Positions 12,828 to 25,350 of a stretch of DNA of 64,000 bases are shown here, piece after piece (the stretch's first letter is position 1; each line of letters begins with the position of its first letter). The notes beneath the pieces are model-generated. The model searched no databases and had not been told where the DNA came from. It saw only the letters and a list, made by a program, of their open reading frames with translations. The translations under genes and the position numbers were made by a program. This DNA comes from Vicugna vicugna (Eukaryota). The DNA lies in NCBI GenBank assembly GCA_013265495.1, contig MU058198.1:3794419-3858418 (forward strand). Direction: 5' to 3'.

Positions 12828-13914
12828 TTTTTTTTTTCATTGCCAAGTTGCATCCGTGTTTTATTTGCTAATGAGGCTAGAGTGGCCATGTTTCAGGACC
12901 CAAATGTCCTCAGGTAGTTTGGAGCATCTCTGTGAGATGGGATCATGCAGATAGCATGTGGGAAATGCAGCTGCATAACTAGCAAGTCCCCTTGCATTTC
13001 TTTTCCCCAGCATGTCAGCGAAGTCAGTCCAGCGGGGACAGAACGTGCCTGCTTTTTGTCCTTTTTTCCTGCACTGCCATTTTCACACATTTTCCAACAC
13101 CAACCATCCAATCCCGATTTTTCCCACCAAACAAATGGATAATCGGATGCTATGAGTTTTCTTCCACTTCCGGGACCTGGAGCTTGGCGTGTATCCAAGC
13201 GTATGGTTGCTTTGACTTAGAAGGAATTTCCTCCAGTCTGCCTGGTTTGGAGGCACCAGGAGCTTTGAAAAGAACGCGCTAAAAATAAAATCTTATTTGT
13301 ATTTTTTTTTTTTAGCTCAAAGTTAAGGAGATTATCTATGCCCTTTTAAAATTCCAAGAGTGTGCTTTTGGACAGTTTTCAATCTAAAGGCACCTCAAGG
13401 AGTCATAAGGCAACCAGCTTGGGTGCTACCTCAGGGCTGCAATTCCTGGTACTCTTGTGTCCCCAGTCACCTTCATCCTCAAACTACTTGAAAAGGGCAT
13501 TTGGACCCACTCCCTGAAAAGACATGGTCACTCTAGCAAGGTCCCAAAGGGCCACGGTTTTACATTACATTTCAAACTTAATTTGCTTTGGGGTTTTATT
13601 TCTGTTATTGTTCAGATGCAAAAAAAAATTATTCATTTTTGTTACACATGCTTTGAAATATGTGTCCAAATGTTATTAACCACAATGACCTGCTTTGATT
13701 TACCAAGAAGACAGCTCTGGAACCTGTGCGGACGGGATTGTTTAGGTTTGTTGCTGGCTTTGGAAAGCTAATTAAGTGCTCTGAGAGGGACCCCACTTCT
13801 TGAAGCATAGATAGTTGTCTTCTTCACGGTGATGTTGTTTTGAGATATTTGTGGAAATGTTCATTTGTATCTGGATATCTGTTATGTGCCGTTTTTCTTC
13901 TAGCATCGACATAC

Positions 13915-13920
13915 AATAAA
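13915..13920 (+). terminator. PRKCB: Candidate poly(A) signal for the betaII-terminal transcript
   Basis: AATAAA at the end of a repeat-free UTR-like stretch (12765-13920), followed by a genomic A-run. Another AATAAA lies at 13284-13289. Confidence 0.55.
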
Positions 13921-15036
13921 AAAAAAAAAGAAAGAATGAAGAAGAAATGCCATTTCAAGGAAAACAGCTCTCTTTGAAAAACATGGACCCAAACTACAAA
14001 GTGGGGCCTCCTGAGGCTTCAGGACAGAAAAAAAAAAAAGCAACTAAACCCAGATCTTAATTGTGGCCCCAGTGTTCAGCCAGTCAAGGGGCTGGGGCTG
14101 TGGGCCATTCAGGGACTCCTGGTGTAACGGGGTGGGGTGAGCTGAGTTGGGGGCTTCCCACGGTATCAGAGCTCAAAGCCCACATTCCCATTAGAGTCAA
14201 GTTTAGAGGCCAGCTCGGAGCAGGGCTGGGGCTCTTGACTTTCTTATCAGAATTGCCAGTCCTTCCAGCTTAGACTAAACCTTCTTTCTAGCAAGCAGCT
14301 TTCTAAGCCCCCAGAAGCCCAAGGAAACCCCTTGGGTGGGAGAAATCCCACTTCCGTCTGAACAGATAAGGACAGTGGTGTTTCTTCATCCTTGCCTTCT
14401 GTCCCCTGCTATCCTCAGGCAGCCCTAAGTGAACTCTTATCACCAGTCAAGGGATTCTGGAAGTGCCAAGGCTTCTAAGAGATCATCAAGAGAACTTAAA
14501 AAAACTTGATAGCTGTCCTTGAAGTGAGATTTCTCATCTTGAAGAAAACCATAATTTCATTTCCACTTTGGTGAAGCCCCCTGCTGTTCACGCCTTTCTG
14601 CCCACACTTGTCTCCTCACTGAGGACTCTGGGACCATCCCTGCTGCTGCCGTGCTGGTGGCAACCTAGACATCAGGGGAAGCGAACATGAAGTCCTAGCT
14701 GACCAGCTCAGGAGGCTAGAGAAGGAGGGATATCTCATTTTATTGTTGGGAAACTGGCATGTGGAGGGAGGAAATGACTTGCCCACAGTCAGCCAGCTGG
14801 GACGCAAACCCAGCTTCCCCATTCCTGGTGCAGACATCTTTCTGCTCCGTGGCTGCCATCTCCGAGCTGTGCCCACCGAAAGACAAGTTATTTGAGGTCC
14901 CTCATCTGGCCTTTGGGTCACCAGGCCTTTCCTTGGATATGCTCTCAGGAGGATTAAAAACCATGGAGAAACATTGGACCATTGACAAATGATCAGAGTT
15001 AACTTTAGAGAACAATGTAGGATGGTTGAATGGGTG

Positions 15037-15059
15037 GATAGATGATAGATGGATAGATG

Positions 15060-15100
<41 letters not shown>
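15037..15100. repeat. (GATA)n microsatellite
   Basis: Perfect (ATAG)10 at 15061-15100 with imperfect upstream copies. Confidence 0.97.
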
Positions 15101-18100
15101 GTAGAAGGAGTATATTGTTTATATATTTATACATCTGCCATACTCTACATTTTCCAAATTGCTGCCATTATTTTTCAAAAGTTCAATAGTCTGCAGAAAT
15201 AGGTACTCAAACCAAAGTCTCTGCTCCCCTAACACGTCATGCTGAGGGTTGGTCAGAGAAGCCTTCTGTGGTAGGGAGGGATCAGGAGTCAGAACTCCTG
15301 AAGCTGCCTTTTCTGTCTAAGCTTCAAGGACCGAGGAGACTGAGAAACAGCGCTTGCAACATGGATAACCCCAGGGCAGTACTTGGCACATGTATCCAAG
15401 AAGAAAGATTTTAAATTTATTTTTGCAATCATCCATGCATTCCATCTTCCATTCATTCACCCAACCAGCATTTATTGAGCACCAACTGTGTGCCAGGCTC
15501 TATCCTGGGGGCCAGGAGCATAGTGGGGAACCGTGAAGATGCAATCCAGGAGGGCAGTCATGAAACAAGTAATTAACAGCATGGTATGATCTAGAGATAA
15601 CTGGTCTCTGGGATAATCAGGGAAGGCTTCTTTTAAGAAAGAAGTCATCAGAAGTCTTTGGGGCCCCTCTTTTGCTCTGTGGACCACATATGAGGCTGAA
15701 GGAAGACAGGCAGCAGCTCCCTCTTGACCCAGATTTCTGAAACAATCCTACAGGGTGATGGTGAGGAAAGAGAGAGGCAGGTTGGTAGCTGGGGCGAGTT
15801 ACCTTCTAGAAGGCCAAAGGCATGTCTCCATGCTTGACCAGACCACAGAGTTACTAAGATTTGAGCAGAGACAGATGCCTGTATGGAGGGAGGGAACTGT
15901 TTGGAGAGCTCAATTCTGAGTCCTGAGTTTCACCTTGGGTTTATCACTCCAAGTCCTACAGGCATGACACTTTCTGGCCCTCAGGGAAACACTGACCCTT
16001 GGCCCCACACCACCTGGTTCTTCTAGATGAGACAGGTTGAGATTTTTCCAAAAGAACTTAAATTAGAGGAGAATTAAAAAAAACTAAATAAGAAAATCCA
16101 AAGAAACCTAAACACAGTCTACCACATCAGCCATGGCTGATGGTCTCCCAGGATCTTAGCATCCCTCTTTTCATTTCTTAGATGTCTCACTAACCTGCTT
16201 CTCTTCTAAGAAAGCACAAGGCACGGTCACGATGACCTTCTTGGGGAATGAATAGGAGACCAGTGAATTCAGTGACCCTCCTTAGATGAGTGAGCCTGTT
16301 TTCATGTGGCTTCAGATACTGTCAGCCCAGAAAGGGATTGTCCCAACAGAGAGGCCCATTCTTTCCCAGCTTCTAGGGTAAAATCAGGGATCTTTTTTAT
16401 GAGGATCTTCCCAGGACAACAAGTATTGTTTGGACCACGTGGCTGTTTGAAGCATCAGTCATCACCAGCGCAGCCAGTGAGGAAGGGCTTCCAGAATTGG
16501 GGCTAGTGAGAGGGGGATCTCTGCTGGGTGCCCACAGGCAGGGGAGGCTACCTGGGGGGACCTGAAAGGAGATGACTGCCTGTCTTTTGGCCCCAAGTAG
16601 ACCCAGGGCTCACACACAGCCCTGGAGCTCTCAGATCTCAAAGGGGCCTAACACAGTTCTTTCCATATTGGGGCTCACAATAGACAGTGGTCCACATGAG
16701 AGACTCACAGGATCAATGGAAACAAATTCCATTGTTTTGCTGTAGAGTAAGGTCTCTAGCTCAGAGGCAGCTGTAAGTCAGAAAAAGCAAAGAGGTTTAT
16801 CTTTAGTCAAGTCTTCATTCATTCATTCATTCAGGAAATAATTGCAGGAGGCTTGCCCCGTGCCAAGTCTTGGCACTGGTAGGGCACAGACAAGGACTCC
16901 GCCCTCCTGAAGAAAGATGGTAAATAATCATGACAATATCTGACAGCAGCAAGTGCAAGGAAGACAATCAAAAAGATGCTATAGTATGACCTGTCAGGTC
17001 CAGAGAGGGATGCACAGGGAACATTAAAGGGAAAGGTAGCCCATTTGAGCTTTTGGCCAACACAGAAAATAACGCATTCAGTACCTAGGACAGCGCAGGA
17101 CAGGCTGGCAGGACAAGACGAAGTAGAATGGGTGGAGCATGGCAGGCGATGGCCCACTGTCCAGAAGGCAGCTCCACCAGTGTCTCAGCCCAGTCCCCAG
17201 CAGCCACACTTACTGAAGTGTATTCCTGAAGTCCCCCTCACTCCTACACTCCCAGACGAACCCCACAAGAGTAAGTGGGGACCTCCACAGGGACACTTTG
17301 CCTGTCTCAGGGGAGCAGCCAAAAAGAAGACTTTCTTGTGAGTGGTATTTTGTAAAGGGGAGTGAGCCGAGCAGTGAGAAATCCTTGCAGATCAGTGTGC
17401 TTTAGGACTTAAACCTAAAGCATGCATGGCAACTGGCCAAACCCTAGCAAATCAGTCAGTCCTCACTGACCTGCCTCTCTTTACAAGCTGACACGAATCT
17501 GGCTTCCTGCCCAGTAACCTGCTGGGTACCAGTGAAATCCAGGCATTATCCCCGGTTGTCCTGCAATAAACCAGCCATCAAGCTGTCCCCCACAGTCAGA
17601 GGGGCTGAGACGAAGCATAATTTGGAATGATGTGGTCAAATCAAAAATCACCAACCGACTCTTGTGCAAGTCATTTTACCTTCCTGTGCCTCAGTTTTCT
17701 CGTATGTCAAACCACAGGGGGCGAGGCGGGTGGTGAGGATGGGATGACCCTAGGCTGATGAGGACCCTGAAGAGGTAAGAGCATCATACAGGGGTGAGAT
17801 CTTTTTATTAGCCTTTCCTCTGCCAGTCCCTGGTAAAAGTTGCCCCAAACTGTAGTTAAGGAACTGGAATTAGTGCCCATCCCCCCAAAAGAAATGGCAG
17901 ACTAACTAGGAGAGTAGAATGTTTGTTTTAAGGCTGTCCTAGACTAATAGTTTGTTCCTAAATATAAGCTGTAAACATCCTTAGAAGAACCTCTGGCTGA
18001 TGAAGACCCAAATTCTAGTCTGTGGGTGGATTTCCGAGCATCCCTTCAAAGCCTCCATGGCGCCGGGGAATGTGGGGTGGATGAGTGGTCCATGCCTTTC

Positions 18101-18178
18101 ATGGGGCAGTGGTCTGATTTCCCCATTTTGCCACTCTTTCTTCTGGAGCTCTTCATCTTTTTAAAGAAAGAAGCCTCC

Positions 18179-18196
18179 TAGCCACAGGGGGCGCTC
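18179..18196 (+). promoter_or_regulatory. CTCF-like motif between the betaII and betaI exons
   Basis: TAGCCACAGGGGGCGCTC has a perfect CAGGGGGCGC 3' core and an imperfect 5' part. Confidence 0.4.
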
Positions 18197-18584
18197 TTGG
18201 ATGGTTTTCTCCTGGACTCTCTACTGCATGACTAATTCTAAGACATTGTACACGACAAGAAGTCATTTCTAACTCGGTTCATCTCAAAGACAAAGAAAAC
18301 AAAATACACACACACACACACCACTTTCTGGCAATTCTTAAAGAAATTCAATGTCTCATTTCCCTTCTTAGAAAATTTCCACCAAGTTTTCTCTCCTGAA
18401 GCCAACAGACAATGTGAAATGAAAGCTAGGGGATAGTATCTCATCGCAGCTGCTAAAAATGGTCAGCACAGGGCTCTTCCTGACTCTGCCCATGAGACGT
18501 CAGCCACTTCCCAATAACTGGCATGTCTCGGTCACGTTTCCTTCTCCTTATGCTGTGTTAATGTGTTTGCTTTCCATTTGGCAG

Positions 18585-18737
18585 AGAGACAAGCGAGACA
18601 CCTCCAATTTCGACAAAGAGTTCACCAGACAGCCTGTGGAACTCACGCCTACTGATAAGCTCTTCATCATGAACTTGGACCAAAATGAATTTGCTGGCTT
18701 CTCCTATACTAACCCAGAGTTTGTCATTAACGTGTAG
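18585..18737 (+). CDS. PRKCB: Protein kinase C beta, betaI-specific terminal (V5) coding exon, 50 aa + stop
   Basis: Acceptor tttgctttccatttggcag ends at 18584. Phase-0 translation is RDKRDTSNFDKEFTRQPVELTPTDKLFIMNLDQNEFAGFSYTNPEFVINV*, the PKC-betaI C-tail with turn motif LTPTD and hydrophobic motif FAGFSY. Confidence 0.98.
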   Translation, partial: RDKRDTSNFDKEFTRQPVELTPTDKLFIMNLDQNEFAGFSYTNPEFVINV

Positions 18738-19211
18738 GTGAATGCAAGCTCCATTGTAAGCCTGGAGTGTAAGACTTCGGGCCAAATGTATGTAACAACT
18801 CTAGTCTTCCAGGATTCACGGTGCATATGCTGGCATTCAACACGCGGAAAGCTTGTCCTAGAGGGCTTTTCTTTGTATGTGTAGCTTGCTAGTTTGTTTT
18901 CTACATTTGAAAATGTTTAGTTTAGAATAAGCGCTTTATCCAATTATAGAGGTACAATTTTCCAAACTTCCAGAAACTCATCAAATGAACAGACGATGTC
19001 AAAACTACTGTGTCTGTTACCAAAATGCTTCAGTATTTGTAACTTTTCCAAGTCAGAAGCTGATGTTCCTGGTAAAAGTTTTTACAGTTATTCTATAATA
19101 TCTCCCTTGAATGCTAAGCATGACCAGTATTTTTAAAAATTGTGACTAAGCTTTGCAGTTATTGTGAACTATTGTCTCTTGGAGGAAACTTTTTGTTTAA
19201 GAATTGATATG

Positions 19212-19217
19212 ATTAAA
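19212..19217 (+). terminator. PRKCB: Candidate poly(A) signal (ATTAAA) of the betaI 3'UTR
   Basis: ATTAAA ~475 nt after the betaI stop, followed by T-rich sequence and then repeat-like DNA. Confidence 0.6.
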
Positions 19218-20319
19218 CCGAGTTAATATATGCAAACTCTCGTTTTACATGTCTGCTTTTAAGTAGAGTCTGGTGCAGAGGTTAGAAACTGGAGAGCCAT
19301 AGGCTGATGCATAGATGAGCTGCATTTCACTTGCCCAGAATTTTATTTAATTGAAATCATTATCAACAGTAAAAAATGGAATTTTTATATAAGTTTCTGG
19401 ACTTTCAGATTCTCCTGAAAAAAATTAGAAGACTGGCAGCACTGGGTCCTTATTCCTTTGTGGACATAATTCAACAGAACTGAGAAGTTGTGGTCACCTT
19501 TAAAAGCAGTGTGTGCTTCATTTTACCATAGTCTCCACTACCCCCTATTGTCCTTTGTTCTCCATTCACTTCCCTGGATGCTGTAGCCATTTGAGGTTGA
19601 GCCCTTTGCTGTTTGCAAGTCACAAGCTTAATAACCTTAATGTTTTCCTGTGCCATAGGGTAGTGGAACAGAACAAATCTGTCACATCAGATCCATTATG
19701 ATGCCACAGAATTTATTTACCCCCTCCCTTCTTGGAAGACGCCCAGTAGAACGAGCATTGGGTAGATACAGTGAGGCCACTTATCCTAGTGCACTTTTTG
19801 CAGAATTTTCGAAACTCTGCCAGTTAAAATTGGGTAAAGCCAACTTAAAGAAGAAACTGTGCATCACATTTAGAAAACAAAAATACATGGATTTCTATAG
19901 ATGTTTGATGGCATGTTCCATTTAAGGTGATATTTTAGAGGAGGTTGCTATTGCTACTTCTGATTCCTTCCTGTTTCATGCCAGCCCCACATATTTTCTC
20001 CCTCTGCTAGATATAAACCAGTCTTTCCCTTCATAAATATTGAACACCGACTCAAAGCCAGTCGTAGTTCTGGGTACCAGGTATATAGAAACCAATAAGA
20101 CAATCCAGGACTTTCCACACAAAGGCACAAGAAGACTGCATAAGTCCCACCCACTCTTCCTGGAATCATGTCTGGTAAGAAAGAGAGAGAGCTCCTTTAA
20201 AAGCCTTGTGGTTTCCTCTGACTGGCTCAGCTGGGTCCCATCTAAATCCCAGAACCAAACACTGCATCTGGAGTGGAGAGGGGTGGTGGGTAAGGTACTT
20301 TGATTAGCCAGACCTATGT

Positions 20320-20824
20320 TGTATTAGTTATCTATTGCTGTGTAACAAATTACTCCAAAACTTTGAAACAGCAAACACTTATTACCTCAAAATGTCTGTG
20401 GGCAGGGTTCTGGGCATGGCTTTATTGGTTTAATGCCTCTCATAAGGCTGCAGTCAAGCTATTGGCCAGGGTTGCAGTCATGTATGAAAGCTCAGCTGGG
20501 GAAGATGGAATTCACTTCAAGTTTAATCACACGGTGTTGGCATCCTCAGTTCTTAGCCAAATGGGCATCTCCATGGAACTGTCTTTAGGTGTGGCAGCTG
20601 GTTTCCCTGGGGGAAATTGAATCAGGTGAGAGTATGTAATCTGGAAGCCACCTAAGCTCAGTAGTAACGTAATCTCAGAAGTGACATCCCTTCATATTGC
20701 CGTTTTCTCTTCTTTTGAAGCAAGTCAGTAAATCCAGCCCATGCTCATGGGGAGGAGATTATACGAGGTGAGAGTTCCAGGAAGTGGGAGCTTCTAGGTG
20801 TCATTTTAGAGACTTCCCACCACA
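20320..20824 (-). mobile_element. MaLR MLT1-type LTR
   Basis: tgtattagttatctattgctgtgtaacaaattactccaaaac...ccaccaca. Confidence 0.75.
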
Positions 20825-22639
20825 TGCATCACAAGCTGCACCTCTGGCGCTACAGGTAGAGTAGCACCCAAACCACATTAACTGGGACTGGGTGAGGGAC
20901 CACTCTTTGAATAAAAATTGGAAGCTGTTCTTGGAACAAGGGAGAGATGTGGAAATTTGGGGCTATCCCAAAGATTCCTTAAGGCTGGTGATGTATGAGA
21001 GATAAGTCAATACTGAGATGCAATTAAAGGAACAACTCACTTGTCATTGCATTTGGTCCACAGAGGTCCCTGTTGTTTCGATGCCACACTCACCATCAAA
21101 GGCAAGGACCTAAATTTGACCTTTGAGTGAGTTATATAGTCCTTTGCCTTCAGGAGTGCCTGAAGGCAAAGGACTATAACCAAGAAGTTGACTTGGTGGA
21201 AACATACATGAGATACAAGTCTGTATCAATCATGTAATACCAAGTAACCACTTCAAAACAGAGCCAACCACTTATTTAACTCACAACCATGGCTTTTCTG
21301 GCCATCCCAGCTGGTCTCTGATGGACTTTCTCATGAATTTTCAGTCAGCTGGGAGGTCAGCTGGTGACTAGATGGTCTGGGATTGCCTCATTCACATGTA
21401 CGATGCTTGACAGACTGCCTGGACTAGGGAAAGTGAAGTTGGACTGGCTTGGTTTTGCTCCACATGCTCTATTACATTCCAGCAGGCTGGAGCATGGGCT
21501 TCCTCAGATGGTGGTTTCAAGGACACCAAAGAGCAGCAGAGGGAAGCAAACCCCAGGGCACAAGCACTTTTCAAGCCTCTGCCTACGTCATGGTTGCTGC
21601 TTCCCCAAAAAAATGAAGTCAAGGGGTTGAGAAGTAGTCTCTTCTTTTGGATGGGAGGTGCTGTAAAAACATGTTGTCAAGGCAAATGGACAGAGGATGG
21701 AAAAAAAAACTGGTGGCTGATTTTATATCTACCACACAGTCCATCAATGGCACCATTCATGAACACCGTTATGAACATCAAAGAAATAAGAGATGGGAAA
21801 GAAATTTCCAGGAACTTCCTGGGCTGCCCCACGGCCGGGCCACATAGATCACCAGAAGTCAGTCACCTTATTCGTCTCTTTAATCTCAGCATACAAAGAC
21901 ATAGTGCCAGAGTTCAGGCTTGTCAACTGGGTAACAAGAGTTCACTTGAGAGCTGATGGTATGGGCTCTTTGAACCAATAAGGACAAAATTCTGAAATCC
22001 TCACCTGTTATTCCTGCCATGGCTCTTTTTCTCACCTCACATGCAAGCTGAAATACTGGAGAAATCAGGGAGGAATGCAAAACAAGGTAAATGATGACCA
22101 GAGCTGGGACACCCAATTCAGTACCACCTATCACTGTCTGGTTCTAAAAGCCTGAAAGCCACATAGCTCCTGTCCTGGCTTCGATGTGGAACTGCTTTGA
22201 CCCCTGTGGAGCTCTGCTGTTCATCACTTCCTAGACAAGCAATGATGCCTCCAAAAGTGAATCCCAATTTTTCCCCCAAAATAATAGGTTTGCACTCTAC
22301 TATCTTGCCCAGTGACTGAACCCGCTCCCTCCACTGTGGATTTTGTCCTATAAAGCGCTAGTCTGCCTGGCATATGGCCTGCCCAAATTAAGCCAGATGT
22401 TGGGCTGAGATTACGATGGTGTTCAGACAAGAAAAATGCAAGAACAGTCAATTCTGTTTTCAACCAGTCACTCTTCCTCACAAGGTCTAAGAAGGAAATA
22501 AATGCATAGAGGACTATGCCTAGCAAGTGAAAAGTTGATCCTTACGTGAAGATCTGTTTTCATATCCCAGTGTGGGATTCTGTGGAATTCTAACCCTAAA
22601 GCAGGTTGAGTGCATGAAGAATTCCTAGATGGCATGTGG

Positions 22640-23214
22640 ATCGCTGTTAGCAAATTACCCAAATTAACCAAAAACTTAGCAGCTTAAAACAAGACATATT
22701 AATTAGCTCGCAGTTCGTGTAGGTTGGGAATCCAGGCACAGTTTACCTGGGTCCTCTGCTTCAGAGTGCCCTAGAAGCTTCAGTCCAGGTGTTGACAGGG
22801 GCTGCGGTCTTACCTGAAGATTCAACCAGGGAAGCATCCACTTCTAAGCTTGCTCACAAGGCTGTTGGCAGGATTCAGTTCCTTGTGAGCTACTGGACAG
22901 AGAATCTCAGTTCTTCACTGGCTCTTGGCTGGAGGCTGCCCTCCGTCCTTTGTCATGTGGGTCTTTCCAAAATATCAGCTTGCTTCATCAAAGTGTACAA
23001 GCTAAGAAGACAATTTAGTGAGAATACCAGTAAGACGGAAGTTCCTTTCTTCTGTACAGGAATCACAAGAGTGACATTATGTCATTTTTGCTGTGTTCTA
23101 TTCATTACAAGCAAGTCACCAGATCCAGCTCACACTTAAAGAAAAGGGATTACACCAGGGCGTAAGCAGGTAAGGCAGAGACCACTGGGAGCCGTATCAG
23201 AAGTTGTCTACCAC
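22640..23214 (-). mobile_element. MaLR-type LTR
   Basis: aaaacttagcagcttaaaacaag...ggctgttggcaggattcagttccttgtgagc...caagtcaccagatccagctcacactt. Boundaries approximate. Confidence 0.7.
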
Positions 23215-24520
23215 GTAGGTATAACGGGTCTCCTCTAAGAGATGGGGTGGGTTGTGGGAGAGAAAGAAGGCTTGTAGCCCTGTGTTCAGTGGATGTGTTC
23301 AGTCTTGATCAATCAGATCAACCCTCCTCCTTAGAGGTGAAGTGGAGGCAGACAGGAGGCAAGTGATCATCGCTTCTCTGACGGAGAGTTTCTGAGCTGG
23401 TGTTGTTGGCCAGGCTGGCACCAATTATCTGAATGGAAATGACTTTTTTTCTTGCATCAAAAGATGCCAGCCCCTCATGGACAGAACAGAAGCCAGCATC
23501 TCTGTAATCCCACAAGACTGAAGCACCCTTGGTCTCGAAACAGAGGAGTTTCCAGACTATAATTCAATAATAAAAAACAAAACAAAACAGAGGAGCTTCC
23601 TTGAAATCCCAAAACATGAGCAGCCTCAGACTCATATCTGTGCCCTGGTTAAGCAACAGAAAGCCGAAAGGAGCTGCAGAATTTTAGTTGAGGAGCCCCT
23701 GAGGATATTTGACCCTAAGACCATTTTCAGGAAATTCTACTAGCTATAAGTGAGCAGAGCCCAGAAGAGAGCTTACAGGGGAAGGAGGTGAAAAGGGGAA
23801 AATATTTTAAAATTATCTAAAGGGTAGGGGAAACACTGACTGAAGAGAGAAGAAAGCAGAAAAAGCCTGCAGATCCCATCCTCTACCATCTCCTGGCTCA
23901 AACCTGGGCTTCAGGGTGATTTTCTCATTATTATGCTACAAAGGCTGAAATTATGCCAGGCAGCCCATGAATGCTGAAAGAAATCATTAGACCTGAATAT
24001 GAATGAATATATTTCATTCATTCACTCATTCATCAAATCTCTCTTTAGGGCTAATGTCTGTTCCAGATGGGGAACAAAACATGGGCCCTGTTCTCATGCA
24101 GAGGATGTTCTGAGAGAGATACATAGTAAATATCGTGCATAGCATTGCAAATAGCAGTCCATGCTGTGAAGAAAGCAAAACAGCATAGTGGGTAGAGACT
24201 GGCAGCGATGGGGACATTTGGGTGGTCAGCTACTTAACCCAAATGCTCAAGGAAGGCCTCCTGGAGAAGGTGATAGTTTGAGATCAGTGACAAGGAACCA
24301 GAGCAAGGAATTCCAGACAGAAGGGACAGCAAATGCCAGAGCCTGAGACTCAGCCTTCCAAAGACCAGAAAGTAGCCCGTGTCACCTGAGAAAAGTAAGA
24401 CTTGGTAAAACAGTGGAGATGAGGTCAGAGAACAAGGCAGGGGCCAGATCTTGGAGACACATGTAGACCTTGATTAGAAGTCTGACTTTGTTCTAGATGC
24501 AGAGAGGAGTCCTTGGACAC

Positions 24521-24987
24521 TGTATTAGTTTCCTGTTGCTGTTGTAACAAGTTGCCACAAACCGCGTGGCTTAAAACAACATAGATTTATTATCTTTATA
24601 GTTTCGGAGGTCAGAAGTCCAAAATCAGTCTCCCGGACTAAAGTCAATTTGCCAGCAGAGCTGGTTCCTTGGAGGCTCTAGGGGAGAATATGTTTCCATG
24701 CCTTTCTCACCTTCTAGAGGCCACCTGCATCCTTGGCTCATGGCCACCATTATCCTCAAAGCACATCACTCCAACCTCTGCCTGTGTTGTCATATCTTTT
24801 CTACCTGTGACTCTCCTGCCTTCTTCGTGATCATATTGAGTCCACGCAGGTAATTTGGGGTAATGTCCCCATCTCATGATCCTTAACACATCTGCAGAGT
24901 CTCTTTTGCCACATAAGATGATGTATTTATAGGTTTCAGGGATTAGGTGGGGACACGTTTGGAGGGCTTTTATTCTGTCTTTCCACA
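24521..24987 (-). mobile_element. MaLR MLT1-type LTR
   Basis: Starts tgtattagtttcctgttgctgttgtaacaag...ggcttaaaacaac and ends ttccaca; near-TSD GACAC/GAGAC; splits an L2. Confidence 0.85.
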
Positions 24988-25350
24988 GAGACATTAAGCA
25001 AAGGGCTGACATGATCTGATTTACCCCGGAGAACATGGTTATAGGGGTGAGGGAGAAAGGAAGATCAGTGGAGAACACTGCAGTAGTGCGGGGGAAAGCA
25101 GAGTTGTAATTTACATTGACCCCTGTGGTCCTCAGAAAGATAAGAGAGAAAAGGCAGAGAAGAAAGGTGATTAATTCAGACTCTCCAGTCTGGCTGGTTC
25201 TGCTCTCAGCCAAGTGCTCTTTCAACCAACCCAGCATCAGTGGTTTAGAGACCACTTGAGTCCACATGGCTTTTCCAAAGGGATTGGAAGGGAGTGAAAA
25301 AGAGTAGAAGCAGGTTAAGATTAGGGCTTTAGCAGTGGTGGGGAAAGCCT

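Noticed and set aside
13921..13945. Genomic A-run as a processed pseudogene tail
   Set aside because: The upstream sequence is the PRKCB betaII UTR in normal intron-containing context with no TSD. The run could cause oligo-dT internal priming.
18459..18584. N-terminal part of ORF 18459..18737 as a stand-alone gene
   Set aside because: It is intron sequence upstream of the betaI acceptor; PKC homology starts at 18585.
18735..18743. Donor-like TAG|GTGAAT right after the betaI stop (and TAA|GTAGAT after the betaII stop)
   Set aside because: No downstream exon evidence; continuous UTR-like sequence and poly(A) signals follow.
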